Shown here: one piece after another, positions 9,546 through 18,606 of the stretch
Layout of the letters: the number at the start of each line of letters is the position of its first letter
How positions within the stretch are numbered: position 1 is the first letter of the stretch
Assembly (NCBI GenBank): GCA_043745445.1
Contig: JAYTSX010000238.1
Span: 1 to 56,241 of the forward strand
Source of the DNA: Elusimicrobiota bacterium
Lineage (GTDB): Bacteria > Elusimicrobiota > Elusimicrobia > UBA1565 > UBA9628
Length of the DNA: 56,241 bases
Reading direction: 5' to 3'
Position numbers and translations under genes: made by a program
The notes under the pieces: model-generated
Told to the model about the DNA's origin: nothing
What the model saw: the letters and a program-made list of their open reading frames with translations, nothing else
The model's database searches: none

Positions 9546-10813
9546 CCTTCGCGCTTCAGCGCTCCCAGCACTTCGCGGGCCTTCAGAAGCTCAACGGCGC
9601 GGTCGAGTGCTTCATCATGAACCATCTCCTCGGCCTTCACCGCCGAATGCGGCTTCTTGTCTTTGGCGTAGATGAGCTCCCATTGAGCGTAGAGCTTGGC
9701 CTCGGCCTCGGGCGTGACGGGGACGACGATGTCAGGGATGATTCCGCCGGTCTTATTTTTCTCGTCACGGTGGATTGAGCGGCCGGCGGGCGTGTAGTAA
9801 CGCGCCACGGTCAGGCGCAGACCCGAGCCGTCGGGCAGAGGAATCAAGGACTGCACGCTCGCCTTGCCGAAGCTGCGCTCGCCGACGACGACGGCGCGCT
9901 TATGGTCCTGCATGGCGCCCGCGACGATTTCAGAGGCCGACGCCGATCCGCCGTTGATGAGAATCACCAGCGGCAAAGCGGGATACGGAGCCTTCACGCC
10001 GGCGGTAAAATCCTGGCGGCTGTCGGCCTTGCGTCCTTGCGTGTACACGATCAGCTTGCCTTCGCCGAGGAACGTCGACGCGACCTCGACGCCAGCGGAG
10101 AGAAGTCCGCCCGGGTTGTTGCGCAGATCGAGGATGAGGCTCGTGGCGCCGTCCTTCTTCAGCTTTTTTAACGCGTCTGAGGCGTCGTCGGCGGTTTTGG
10201 CGCTGAATTCAGCGATACGCAGGTAGCCGACTCCGCCATCAAGCTTCATAGAAAGAGTGGATTCGATCTTTACAAGCTCCCGTGTGATTTCGACCGATAC
10301 GGTTTTCCAACTGCCCTCGGCTCCGTCTTCGGGGCCGCGCTCAAGCTTGAGCTTGACCTTGGTCCCAGGAGACCCGCGCAGGGAGCGTAAGGCGTCGGAC
10401 ATGTTCATGTCCTTTGTCGGGGCGCCGTCGATTTCCACGACACGATCGTTGGGAAGAACTCCCAGCCGGTATGCCGGTGAGCCCGGCATCGGCGTCTGCA
10501 CGGTCAGCCAGTCATCCTTGAGGGTCAAGCGAAGGCCGACGCCGCCGAACTGGCCTTCGGTCTCGGTCTTCATCTCGCGGTGAATCTCCGGCTCCATAAA
10601 CTGCGAATAAGGATCGAGCGTCCGCACCATTCCGGTCGCCGCGCCGTAGATCAACTTCTGCGTCTCCGGTTCGTCGACATAGTTGTCCTGAACGAAACCG
10701 AGCACATCCACAAGGAGCTTGAGCTGCTCATAGGTCTTGTCCGCGTTGGCCGCGTAAGCAGGCCGAGAAACGAGCACGACGACCGCGACCGCCGCGATCA
10801 AAATACGCTTCAT
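9542..10813 (-). CDS. Carboxy-terminal processing peptidase (S41 family)
   Basis: It has a signal peptide (MKRILIAAVAVVVLVSRPAYA), a PDZ region (FGGVGLRL...GSPAYRLGVLPNDRVVEIDG), and the catalytic-type motifs INGGSASASEI and FGKASVQ. AGGAG lies 7 nt upstream of ATG 10813. The ORF-track start at 10918 overlaps the previous gene. Confidence 0.85.
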   Translation of the reverse strand: MKRILIAAVAVVVLVSRPAYAANADKTYEQLKLLVDVLGFVQDNYVDEPETQKLIYGAATGMVRTLDPYSQFMEPEIHREMKTETEGQFGGVGLRLTLKDDWLTVQTPMPGSPAYRLGVLPNDRVVEIDGAPTKDMNMSDALRSLRGSPGTKVKLKLERGPEDGAEGSWKTVSVEITRELVKIESTLSMKLDGGVGYLRIAEFSAKTADDASDALKKLKKDGATSLILDLRNNPGGLLSAGVEVASTFLGEGKLIVYTQGRKADSRQDFTAGVKAPYPALPLVILINGGSASASEIVAGAMQDHKRAVVVGERSFGKASVQSLIPLPDGSGLRLTVARYYTPAGRSIHRDEKNKTGGIIPDIVVPVTPEAEAKLYAQWELIYAKDKKPHSAVKAEEMVHDEALDRAVELLKAREVLGALKREG

Positions 10814-10823
10814 ATACATTCTC

Positions 10824-11930
10824 CTATTTGCGTTCCAGCCATTCCGCCGGGTCGAGAGCGTCGGTGCCTCGGCGGATCTCCAGATAAACCTGCTCGCCGG
10901 CGGTCGCAAGCTTCTCACTTGCCCGCACAGTTTCGCCCTTTTCTTTCACGATCTCGGCGAGCTCTCCGTATACGCTGAAGAATCCGCCTCCGTGATCGAC
11001 GATCACGACTTTACCGTAGGAACGAAATGGGCCCGAAAAAATCACATTGCCCGGCGCGATCGCGCCGACGGCGGATCCGGAAGCCGCCGCGAAGACGACG
11101 CCCTGCCGCACGGTCCAAGTGCCGAGTTCCTGATCTCGCTCGCGCCCGAACGGCCGCAGAATCTTTCCGTTCACCGGCCAAGGTAGCGAGTGCAAGGGCC
11201 TTTCCAGCCGCGCGACGGGGCCGGCTTTACGGTACTTCCCGGCCTTGCCGAGCTTATCGATCAAGGAGGCCATGGCCTTCTCCGTCTCCTCGAGCTCCTT
11301 GGCTCGGCGGGCGGCAGCAGCGACCTTGACCTGAGTGCCGACGAGCGCTGCCTTCTTCTGCTCATACTCGCGACGATGTCCTTCGCGCTCGCTTTGCACG
11401 CGACGACTGCTTTCATCAAGATCGTGGGCGCGGCGGACCGCCATGGCCGCGTCTTCCTCGGTCTTGCGGCGGAAACCGTGCAGGCCGCGCAGATGGCGGC
11501 CTTTCTCAACGATCGCGGAACGGCGAAATTCTTCAGCCCAAAGCTCACGCGTTCCGTACGCCTCGGAGCGGGCGGCCGAATATGCGCCGTTGCGGGCGGC
11601 CTCAGAAGCGATTGCCGCCGTCCAAAAGCCAGCCACGCTTTTCGCCGCATCAAGACGGGATTTCAAGCTTGCGCGCCGGCCTTCGACTCGGCGTATGTCG
11701 GACTGAAGGCCTTCGACGCGCTTGCGCGATTGCGCGTCGCGGCTCTCAAGGCCTTTGACATCCGCTCCAAGCTCCTTTTCCGCGTCACGCAGGTCCGATA
11801 GTTCCCGAAGAGTCTGCTTGAGCTCACTCTGAATTCGAGAGAGCTCCTTGCGCTTGGTATTGAGCTGCGCTGCCGCCGGAGCGGCGCTCAGCGCGATCAG
11901 GACCGCGATGATTAAGACTCGGCGCGCCAT
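10824..11930 (-). CDS. EnvC-like murein hydrolase activator (coiled coil plus degenerate LytM/M23 domain)
   Basis: It has a signal peptide (MARRVLIIAVLIALSAAPAAAQ) and a ~200-aa coiled coil. The C-terminal M23-like domain (GVVFAAASGSAV...GKVVIVDHGGGFFSVYGEL) lacks the HxxxD and HxH metal ligands. It sits directly after ftsX. Confidence 0.7.
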   Translation of the reverse strand: MARRVLIIAVLIALSAAPAAAQLNTKRKELSRIQSELKQTLRELSDLRDAEKELGADVKGLESRDAQSRKRVEGLQSDIRRVEGRRASLKSRLDAAKSVAGFWTAAIASEAARNGAYSAARSEAYGTRELWAEEFRRSAIVEKGRHLRGLHGFRRKTEEDAAMAVRRAHDLDESSRRVQSEREGHRREYEQKKAALVGTQVKVAAAARRAKELEETEKAMASLIDKLGKAGKYRKAGPVARLERPLHSLPWPVNGKILRPFGRERDQELGTWTVRQGVVFAAASGSAVGAIAPGNVIFSGPFRSYGKVVIVDHGGGFFSVYGELAEIVKEKGETVRASEKLATAGEQVYLEIRRGTDALDPAEWLERK

Positions 11931-12688
11931 AGCGACAAAGACCATCCAAGAGTCGCACAAGCCGCGAGCAGCAGAAGCTGCGCGAGCGGCTGCGGCCAGG
12001 CCCACAGAAGCTCATCGCGATGCAACGGCCAAGTTATCGCAAGCGCAAGCGCCGCCCCGACGGCGCCGCCGGCGACCGCCCAGAGCATGAATTTAACCGA
12101 GGTCGGCGACGAGGCCGAGCCCTTGTCCTTTTCCGCGGAAAAGGACCCGGTGAGCATACCCAGCGCAAGGCCGGCGATAAGGCACACAAGTGTATTCAGC
12201 GTCATGCGCAGACAGTGAGCGTAAAAGCGCAGGCGCAGAATGGCTTGGACCTGCCCGGGCTTGTAGCGCAGATCGGACCAATCGGCCAGCCGCTGCGCGC
12301 CATTGATCCACGCGGCGAGATGCGTGAGCGATTCGGGCGTGGGCCGAACCTCGAAAGCCGCGGGAAGAGGGTTGTCGCCCACGAGCGCGACCGATTCCGC
12401 AAGCTCGGGGTCGTCGCGCTTGAGCGTGGACAAAGCCTCGTCTGCCGTAATGTAGCGCACCTCCGCGACCTCGGGAGCGGCGCGAATCTTTTCTTCGAGA
12501 ACCTTCGCACGGGCCTCTTCCAGGGCTGCGCGCGTAAACAGCACTACGCGAAAATCGTCCCGCAGCGAAGACTCCAGGTGCGAACAGTGCCGCTCGGCAA
12601 GCAGAAGAGATTCCCCCGCGAGGCCGGCAGCCGTCGCGAGCGCAATTAACGACGCTAACCGTACCTTGGCACTGCCTTCGGCAGTCAT
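11912..12688 (-). CDS. ftsX: Cell-division permease-like protein FtsX
   Basis: TM1 is followed by an FtsX extracellular-domain pattern (VAEVRYITADEALSTLK...NPLPAAFEV) and three C-terminal TM helices. The gene order is ftsX, envC-like, ctp. Confidence 0.75.
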   Translation of the reverse strand: MTAEGSAKVRLASLIALATAAGLAGESLLLAERHCSHLESSLRDDFRVVLFTRAALEEARAKVLEEKIRAAPEVAEVRYITADEALSTLKRDDPELAESVALVGDNPLPAAFEVRPTPESLTHLAAWINGAQRLADWSDLRYKPGQVQAILRLRFYAHCLRMTLNTLVCLIAGLALGMLTGSFSAEKDKGSASSPTSVKFMLWAVAGGAVGAALALAITWPLHRDELLWAWPQPLAQLLLLAACATLGWSLSLWRAES

Positions 12689-12718
12689 ATATCTCGCGAT
12701 TCTATGAAATGCGGAGGT

Positions 12719-13924
12719 TCAGCGGTAGGGGACGAACACGGACAAGCCGCTCTTGACCGCCTCGCCCACGGTGGGAAGCGCGAGCAGCACGGTGAGCAGG
12801 ACCAGCCAGAGGCTGCGAGCCATGACGAACTTCAGGAAGCCCTCTTTCTTGGCTGGAGCAATGGGCGCGACAGGCTCCGCGATAAGTGACGCGGAGGTGA
12901 TTTTAATGACGCCAGGCAATCCCAAAGCGCGCGACAGCTGAGACACCGGGAGCATTCCAGACACGAGCGCCGTCACGCTTCCGCCAGGAATGGTCTCGAA
13001 ACCAAACACGCGGTCGAGCTTAAAACCGGTCGCTTCAGTCATCACCCGCACGCTCGCCGCGATCGAATCCTCAGGATGAGCGGGGTCGCTGACGCGCAAT
13101 TTCAAAAGATACTCGCCGGTGATCCGGCTGTCCGCCGCCGGGCGGGAGCCCCGCTCCACCTCGACGCGCTTGACGCCGGGACGCGCGATCGCGTCCCCAA
13201 GCCGGGAAGCCGGAAGCCAACCGCTGATGCGGACCGCGCCGCTGGCGCCCGGCATCGGCTGAAAGCGGGCGTCAGGGCGGAAGGCGGCGGCGGCGCCAAG
13301 CCCGGCCACCGCGTCGCGCAAGGTACCCGCTTCCTGAGCGTCGAGCTCAAGCGAGACGAAAAGCATGCCTTCACCCGTCGAGGCGGCCAAAGCGGGATCG
13401 GTCAAGGGGGACACCTTGTTGTCCGAAAGACCGGCACGACGGGGCGCGGGAGCCGCGCCGAACAGGCGCGACTCGTAATCACGGCGCGCGTCCTCGCTGG
13501 CCGAATCGTCTTCGCCCGAAACGGAGGCGGCGGGTGTCGGGGCCGAAGGGCTGGTTGCGGCCTTGACGGCGACGAGCGATTCGGAAGTCGTGGGAACCGG
13601 GACTGCACTCTCCTTCGGAGAAGGGGTCACTGTGGCCTTGGCGGCGACGGGCGCAAACGGTCGAGGGCGCGGCCGCGAAGGGGCCGTCGCGGTGAGCTTA
13701 ATGTCCGGCGTGATTTTCGCGGGGAGGGCAGGAAGGTCGGGCTTGAGCTCAGCAGGCTTGACGGGCTTCGCTTCAAAAAACTGGCCTACATCCGCGTCGG
13801 GATGCTTGTAGCCGCCGCCCTCGCCTAAAGACTTATTTGAGAAGGGAGACGCCTTCGGGGGGTCAGCGTGCGCCGTCGAGAAACCCACGACCGTCACGAC
13901 GAGCGCCGGGATCAGGTATCTCAC
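12719..13924 (-). CDS. Secreted Pro/Ala-rich protein with an internally duplicated ~75-aa domain and a C-terminal hydrophobic anchor
   Basis: It starts at GTG and has a signal peptide (ALVVTVVGFSTAHA) and a low-complexity P/A/S-rich linker. Two related units are present (AVRISGWLPASRLGDAIARPGVKRVEV and VTALVSGMLPVSQLSRALGLPGVIKI). The C-terminus has a TM segment (LWLVLLTVLLALP). Confidence 0.5.
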   Translation of the reverse strand: MRYLIPALVVTVVGFSTAHADPPKASPFSNKSLGEGGGYKHPDADVGQFFEAKPVKPAELKPDLPALPAKITPDIKLTATAPSRPRPRPFAPVAAKATVTPSPKESAVPVPTTSESLVAVKAATSPSAPTPAASVSGEDDSASEDARRDYESRLFGAAPAPRRAGLSDNKVSPLTDPALAASTGEGMLFVSLELDAQEAGTLRDAVAGLGAAAAFRPDARFQPMPGASGAVRISGWLPASRLGDAIARPGVKRVEVERGSRPAADSRITGEYLLKLRVSDPAHPEDSIAASVRVMTEATGFKLDRVFGFETIPGGSVTALVSGMLPVSQLSRALGLPGVIKITSASLIAEPVAPIAPAKKEGFLKFVMARSLWLVLLTVLLALPTVGEAVKSGLSVFVPYR

Positions 13925-13930
13925 AACCCG

Positions 13931-13959
13931 ATTCTAGCACGAGGCGGTTTCTAGGTCAA
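13931..13959 (-). promoter_or_regulatory. Sigma70-type promoter TTGACC-N17-TAGAAT, 6 nt upstream of GTG 13924
   Basis: The hexamers were read directly on the minus strand. The -35 overlaps the stop codon of the upstream gene, and there is no room for a Shine-Dalgarno. Confidence 0.6.
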
Positions 13960-15540
13960 TAGACCTGTATCAGTGGGTCCAAGGACCCAGGCTTCGATGC
14001 GGGCCCTTAGGCGCGCCGCGGCCAGGCCGAGCACCGCTCCGAGCGCGCATGCCGCGGCCCCTTGGAGGACGGCGAGCGCCGGCGGGGCGCCGCCCGCCCC
14101 GATCGCGGCGACGGCTCCGGAGGGCGCGAGCAATCCCAAGGTCAGCCAGACGCGAGGGTCCCCGAGCAACGCGGGAGCGCGGGTTACGCCGCCCGCTTGG
14201 GCGGCCGTCTCGCGCTTGCCGATGAGAATCAAGGCAAGCATGAGGCTCGGGGTTCCGATCAAAATTTCCCGCCAGCGCCACGGCCACCACCAAAGCACAT
14301 CAGCGGCGGCGGATAAGCGACCCACCGATTCCCATATACCGGCGGCCCGCAAGGCCGCCCTCGGGGCCAACAGCCCCCACAGCGCGCTAATGAGAACGAC
14401 CGCGACGGCCAAGTCCCGCATACGCAACGGGGCCAGCCAACGCGCGCGCGCGGCCGGGCCTTCGGAGGCGAATAGAGCGGCCGCACCCACGATCATCGGC
14501 GCGGATAAAGTCCAAATGGTCCACGACCGCGCCAACTCCTCTCGCCACTCCGGTGCCAGCGACGCGGCGGCGAGGAGGCCCGCGCATGAGGCCACCGCCC
14601 ACACGATAGAGAGTCCGGCCAAGGTCTCCGGCACCGGCGAAGCGATCGGGGCGCGCCTCGCGACCCAACCGCGGACCGTCCGCTCCACGGCTAGCCCGGC
14701 CCGCGCGGCCAGCAAGGGCCCCAGAAGTCCGATCGCGTAAAAAAGGAAGAGGCGCCAGGCCTTGCGCTCAGTCAACGGCGCTGCCTCCGGAAGTACAGCC
14801 GCGAAGCCCGCACTCTTGACGATCCTCAGCGCGGTGCGCAGACGCTCGAGGTTCTCGTCAAGACCGACGCCGGAGACGGGCTTTAAGACAAGCAAACGCA
14901 TCGCGCGTCCGTTCACCGCTCGGAGCAGTTCCGGCGGACGAGCGGCAACGGGCAAATTCCGGATCCACAACCTGTGGCCGGCTACGGACGCAACTGCGCC
15001 CGTCGAGGCGGCGACCGGGATCAGGCCCGCCGCGGAGACGACCGCGACGGTCTCCGGATCAAAGCCCGCCGGCACCAGCGCAAGATCGACTCCGGCCGGC
15101 ATTTCAAGCGAGCGGACGCCGCCGATGGTAGCAGTCGACACATCTATGCCGCGCGCGGCCAAGGCTCCCGACAGCCGCGTCAGCACCCGCGCGTCTCTGG
15201 CCCACAGCGAGTCCGGCTTAGGACCACCGCCCGCTGCGACGAGACCGAGCGCGCGCCATTTTTCGACTTCCGCGCGCGAGAAGTGCAGCACCTCGCCGCG
15301 CGCCGCCAGCTCGGCCGCGGTTTCCTCGCGCAGCACCACAGCCGATATGCCCATGGCCTTAAGCCGCTCCCACAGTTCTGGGGTCGACGCCGGCGTACGC
15401 CCGGTCAACGCGGCAAAGGCATCCGCTTCGACCGCCGGCAGAACCACACGCTCCGAACGCGGCCGCGTCTCCCACACCGCGGCCGCGATGACGACGGCCA
15501 GCATGGGGAGAAGCGTACGCCGAACGCCCGGAGCGCTCAT
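13951..15540 (-). CDS. Polytopic membrane protein with an N-terminal soluble domain (DUF5693-like architecture), function unknown
   Basis: The 529-aa ORF forms an ATGA overlap with the glgA stop. It has one N-terminal TM, a ~230-aa soluble region and then about 8 TM helices. No catalytic motif was recognised, and the family assignment is from memory only. Confidence 0.45.
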   Translation of the reverse strand: MSAPGVRRTLLPMLAVVIAAAVWETRPRSERVVLPAVEADAFAALTGRTPASTPELWERLKAMGISAVVLREETAAELAARGEVLHFSRAEVEKWRALGLVAAGGGPKPDSLWARDARVLTRLSGALAARGIDVSTATIGGVRSLEMPAGVDLALVPAGFDPETVAVVSAAGLIPVAASTGAVASVAGHRLWIRNLPVAARPPELLRAVNGRAMRLLVLKPVSGVGLDENLERLRTALRIVKSAGFAAVLPEAAPLTERKAWRLFLFYAIGLLGPLLAARAGLAVERTVRGWVARRAPIASPVPETLAGLSIVWAVASCAGLLAAASLAPEWREELARSWTIWTLSAPMIVGAAALFASEGPAARARWLAPLRMRDLAVAVVLISALWGLLAPRAALRAAGIWESVGRLSAAADVLWWWPWRWREILIGTPSLMLALILIGKRETAAQAGGVTRAPALLGDPRVWLTLGLLAPSGAVAAIGAGGAPPALAVLQGAAACALGAVLGLAAARLRARIEAWVLGPTDTGLLT

Positions 15541-16979
15541 TTTGGCACGGCCTCGCGAAAAACATCCAGATACCGCTCGACCGAGCGGTCCCAGGAGAAA
15601 TCGCCCGCCATACCGGCCTGCACGCGCCCTCCCCAGGCCGGCGTGCCAAACTCAGCGAGAGCGCGGTCGAGGGCACGCGCGAGATCCTCGCCGTCGCCGG
15701 GCCTGCATAAAAAGCCGTTGGCCGGGCGTCCGTCGCGCGGCTCCTCGAAAACGGTGTCGATCAAACCGCCGGTCATCGAAACCACCGGAACCGCGCCGTA
15801 GCGCATCGCGATCATTTGTCCGAGGCCACAGGGCTCAAAGCGCGACGGCATCAGGAATATATCCGAGACCGAGTACGCGCGGTGCGCGAAGGCCTCATCG
15901 AAGGAACGGTGGAAGTGGACCGAACCCGGGTGACGGCGCTCAAGCGCGGCGAACATCTCGGTCAACGACGGATCGCCGGTGCCGAGCAGCAAGAGCTGAC
16001 ACCGATCGAGGCGAGATTCGAGCGCCGTGAGCGCGATATCAAGCCCCTTCTGGTAATCAAGCCGCGACACCACCCCAATCACAGGCCGGTCGCCGCGGAT
16101 TTCGAGGCCGCACTCGCGCTGAAGCGCCTCTTTGCACGCGGCCTTTCCGACGGCCGCGTCCGTGGGCGAATAACGGTGGGCCAGCGATGAATCTCGTGCG
16201 GGATCCCAGACCTCGAGGTCGATGCCATTGAGAATGCCGTGAAGATCCTTCGTGCGTCGCTGGAGCAGACCCTCGAGGCCGAAGCCTCGGTCCGGCGACT
16301 CCTGGATCTCGCGCGCGTAGGCGGCGCTGACCGTCGTGAGCTTATCGGCGTGGACGATCCCGCTCTTGAGAAAGCTGACCTTACCGTAATACTCGAGGCC
16401 GTCGGACGAAAAGTCCTCGGCGCTGAAACCGGCCGTTTCTAGAGCGGCGCGAGGAAAATTCCCTTGATACGCCATGTTGTGAATCGTGAACACGCAGCCG
16501 GTGCCCATGAAGTGCGGATCATTATTGTAGTGGCGCTTAAGGTGCGCCGCGACAAGGCCAGTCTGCCAATCGTGAATGTGGATCACATCGGGCTTGAAGC
16601 CGATCGCCTTCGCCCCCTCAAGAACCGCGCGCGAGAACAGCGCGAAGCGGCGGTCGTTGTCCTCATGATCCTGGCCCGCGTTTCCGTACAGCCCCTCGCG
16701 GTCGAAGAACAGCGGATAGTCCACGAAATACACCGACACGCCGCGCCGGTGCAGGAAGCTCAGGCCCACATCCACCGTGCCCCCGGCGAGCGGAACCTTC
16801 AGCGGATGCGCGATGCCGCCCTCGAGCGAGGCCGCGCGGATCGCGCGGTACTTGGGAAGGAACAGACACACATCATGGCCCAGACCGCCGAGCCTCTGCG
16901 TGAGGGCTCCGACCACATCCGCGAGCCCCCCGGTCTTGCAGAAGGGAACCGCTTCGCTGGCCGCGACGAGTATCTTCAC
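15537..16979 (-). CDS. glgA: Glycogen synthase GlgA
   Basis: MKILVAASEAVPFCKTGGLADVVGAL (the KTGGL motif) and a GT5 layout are present throughout. It starts at GTG. Confidence 0.9.
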   Translation of the reverse strand: MKILVAASEAVPFCKTGGLADVVGALTQRLGGLGHDVCLFLPKYRAIRAASLEGGIAHPLKVPLAGGTVDVGLSFLHRRGVSVYFVDYPLFFDREGLYGNAGQDHEDNDRRFALFSRAVLEGAKAIGFKPDVIHIHDWQTGLVAAHLKRHYNNDPHFMGTGCVFTIHNMAYQGNFPRAALETAGFSAEDFSSDGLEYYGKVSFLKSGIVHADKLTTVSAAYAREIQESPDRGFGLEGLLQRRTKDLHGILNGIDLEVWDPARDSSLAHRYSPTDAAVGKAACKEALQRECGLEIRGDRPVIGVVSRLDYQKGLDIALTALESRLDRCQLLLLGTGDPSLTEMFAALERRHPGSVHFHRSFDEAFAHRAYSVSDIFLMPSRFEPCGLGQMIAMRYGAVPVVSMTGGLIDTVFEEPRDGRPANGFLCRPGDGEDLARALDRALAEFGTPAWGGRVQAGMAGDFSWDRSVERYLDVFREAVPK

Positions 16980-17819
16980 CTACTTAGGCCAGAGTCCCTC
17001 TTTTTTCTCTTCTTCCGCCTTTTCCGCCGGCTGCTCAGCCGGTTGCTCGGCCGGCTCCGCGACGGACTCGGCGACAGGAGAAGGTTCATCCTCGGAACGG
17101 ACGAACGCTTGCGCGGAGCCAATCGGCGCCGCGTCCGCCGGCGCGAAGCCATCCAAGGGCGGAAGATCCTCGAGGCTGCGCAGGCCGAAATGGCGCAAAA
17201 ATTCCATCGTCGTACCGTACATGAGCGGACGCCCGACGGTTTCCCGGCGCCCGACAACCTTGATCAGGCGCTTTTCAAGCAAGGTTTCGAGCGCGGCGAT
17301 GACTTCAACGCCGCGAATTTCCTCGACCTCGGCGCGCGTCAACGGCTGTTTGTATGAAATGATCGACAGCGTCTCCTGCGCGGCCGTGGACAGCCGCATC
17401 GTGGCGCGGTCGCTGAAGAGCTTGCGCATGTACGGCGCCAGCTCGGGGCGGGTGGCCATCTGCCAGCCTTCGGCGACGGCGATCAGGCGATAGCCGAGGT
17501 TGCGTTCCTCAAGCTCGCGACGCAGCTCCTCGACGGCGGCCACGATGCGATCCTGGTCGCGAACATTCACCAGCTTGCACAGCTCGCCGGCCGACAAGGG
17601 CCGGTCGGTGATAAACAAAAGGCCTTCAAGCGCGCGGCGCAGCAGCGCGGGATCATTGGCGGGCGACGGCGCGGGCGTATGCCCAGGCGCCAGCGCTTCA
17701 TCGGCGACAGCGGCGAGTGCCTCGATCGTCACCTCCGGATTCGCGTCCGGCGACTCGACCGGAGCTTCGGCGGCGTCGGACACTTCAGCGTCGGCGTTCT
17801 CGGCTTCAGGGCTGGACAT
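16980..17819 (-). CDS. scpB: Segregation and condensation protein B (ScpB) with acidic N- and C-terminal extensions
   Basis: LEGLLFITDRPLSAGEL, RLIAVAEGWQMAT, LETLSIISYKQPLTRAEVEEIRGV and GRPLMYGTT are present. I chose start ATG 17819 (MSSPEAEN...); the ORF-track start at 17894 lies deep inside scpA. Confidence 0.85.
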   Translation of the reverse strand: MSSPEAENADAEVSDAAEAPVESPDANPEVTIEALAAVADEALAPGHTPAPSPANDPALLRRALEGLLFITDRPLSAGELCKLVNVRDQDRIVAAVEELRRELEERNLGYRLIAVAEGWQMATRPELAPYMRKLFSDRATMRLSTAAQETLSIISYKQPLTRAEVEEIRGVEVIAALETLLEKRLIKVVGRRETVGRPLMYGTTMEFLRHFGLRSLEDLPPLDGFAPADAAPIGSAQAFVRSEDEPSPVAESVAEPAEQPAEQPAEKAEEEKKEGLWPK

Positions 17820-18606
17820 CGGTCTCTCCTGGCATCTCGGGCGTTTCAACCGGCGCTTCAGCAACGGGCGCCGCGACCTCCACGGTCGCTTCAATTGCGG
17901 ATTCGTCCTTCTTGAAAATTTGGATCTTGCCGAAGTTCGCGTCCTGGCGGATGAAGATCTTCTGCAGCTTGGTCAGCTCAAGCATGGCGAGGAAGCAGGC
18001 GATGATGCCGCGCCGCTTGCGCTCGTCCGCGAACAGATCTTCCCACGGGATCATCGGCCGCTCGGATAGAAGGAACATGATCTTTTCCATCTTCTCTTCG
18101 ATCGGGAACTCTTCGCCCTCGACGGACTGCGAGTCATCCTCGGCGCCCTCGAGGATGACCTGAAGATGCGCCATCAGGTCGAACAGCGAAATGTTCGGAG
18201 ACTTCTCGGCCTCTTCAAAATGCGGCGCGCCGCGGTAAAAGACTCCTTCCATCTCGTTGGCGCGGTTCGCGAGGAACTTCGAGGCCTCTTTGAACTTCTG
18301 GTACTCGATCAGTTTTTGCGCCAGCTCCGCGGCCGGATTGGGGCCCTCATCCCCGTCGAGGTTTTGCTCGCTGGGCAGGAGGGACCGGGACTTGACCGCC
18401 ATCAGGGTCGCCGCCATCACGAGGAAATCCCCCGCGATGTCGAGGTCCATGTCTTTCATCAGCTCAAGATAGGAGAGGTACTCCTTTGTGATCTGGGCGA
18501 TCGGAATATTGTTGATGTCGAGGTCGTTCTTCTTGACAAGGAACAGCAGCAGGTCGAGCGGACCCTCGAACAGCTCAAGCGAAACTTCGTAGGCCTTCTC
18601 GGTCAT
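17806..18606 (-). CDS. scpA: Segregation and condensation protein A (ScpA)
   Basis: FEGPLDLLLFLVKKNDLDINNIPIAQITKEYLSYL is present, and the gene lies directly upstream of scpB. Confidence 0.85.
   Translation of the reverse strand: MTEKAYEVSLELFEGPLDLLLFLVKKNDLDINNIPIAQITKEYLSYLELMKDMDLDIAGDFLVMAATLMAVKSRSLLPSEQNLDGDEGPNPAAELAQKLIEYQKFKEASKFLANRANEMEGVFYRGAPHFEEAEKSPNISLFDLMAHLQVILEGAEDDSQSVEGEEFPIEEKMEKIMFLLSERPMIPWEDLFADERKRRGIIACFLAMLELTKLQKIFIRQDANFGKIQIFKKDESAIEATVEVAAPVAEAPVETPEMPGETDVQP

Noticed and set aside
14762-16030. A 422-aa plus-strand ORF
   Set aside because: It is antisense to glgA and the upstream membrane-protein gene, and its composition is Arg/Ser/Ala-rich.
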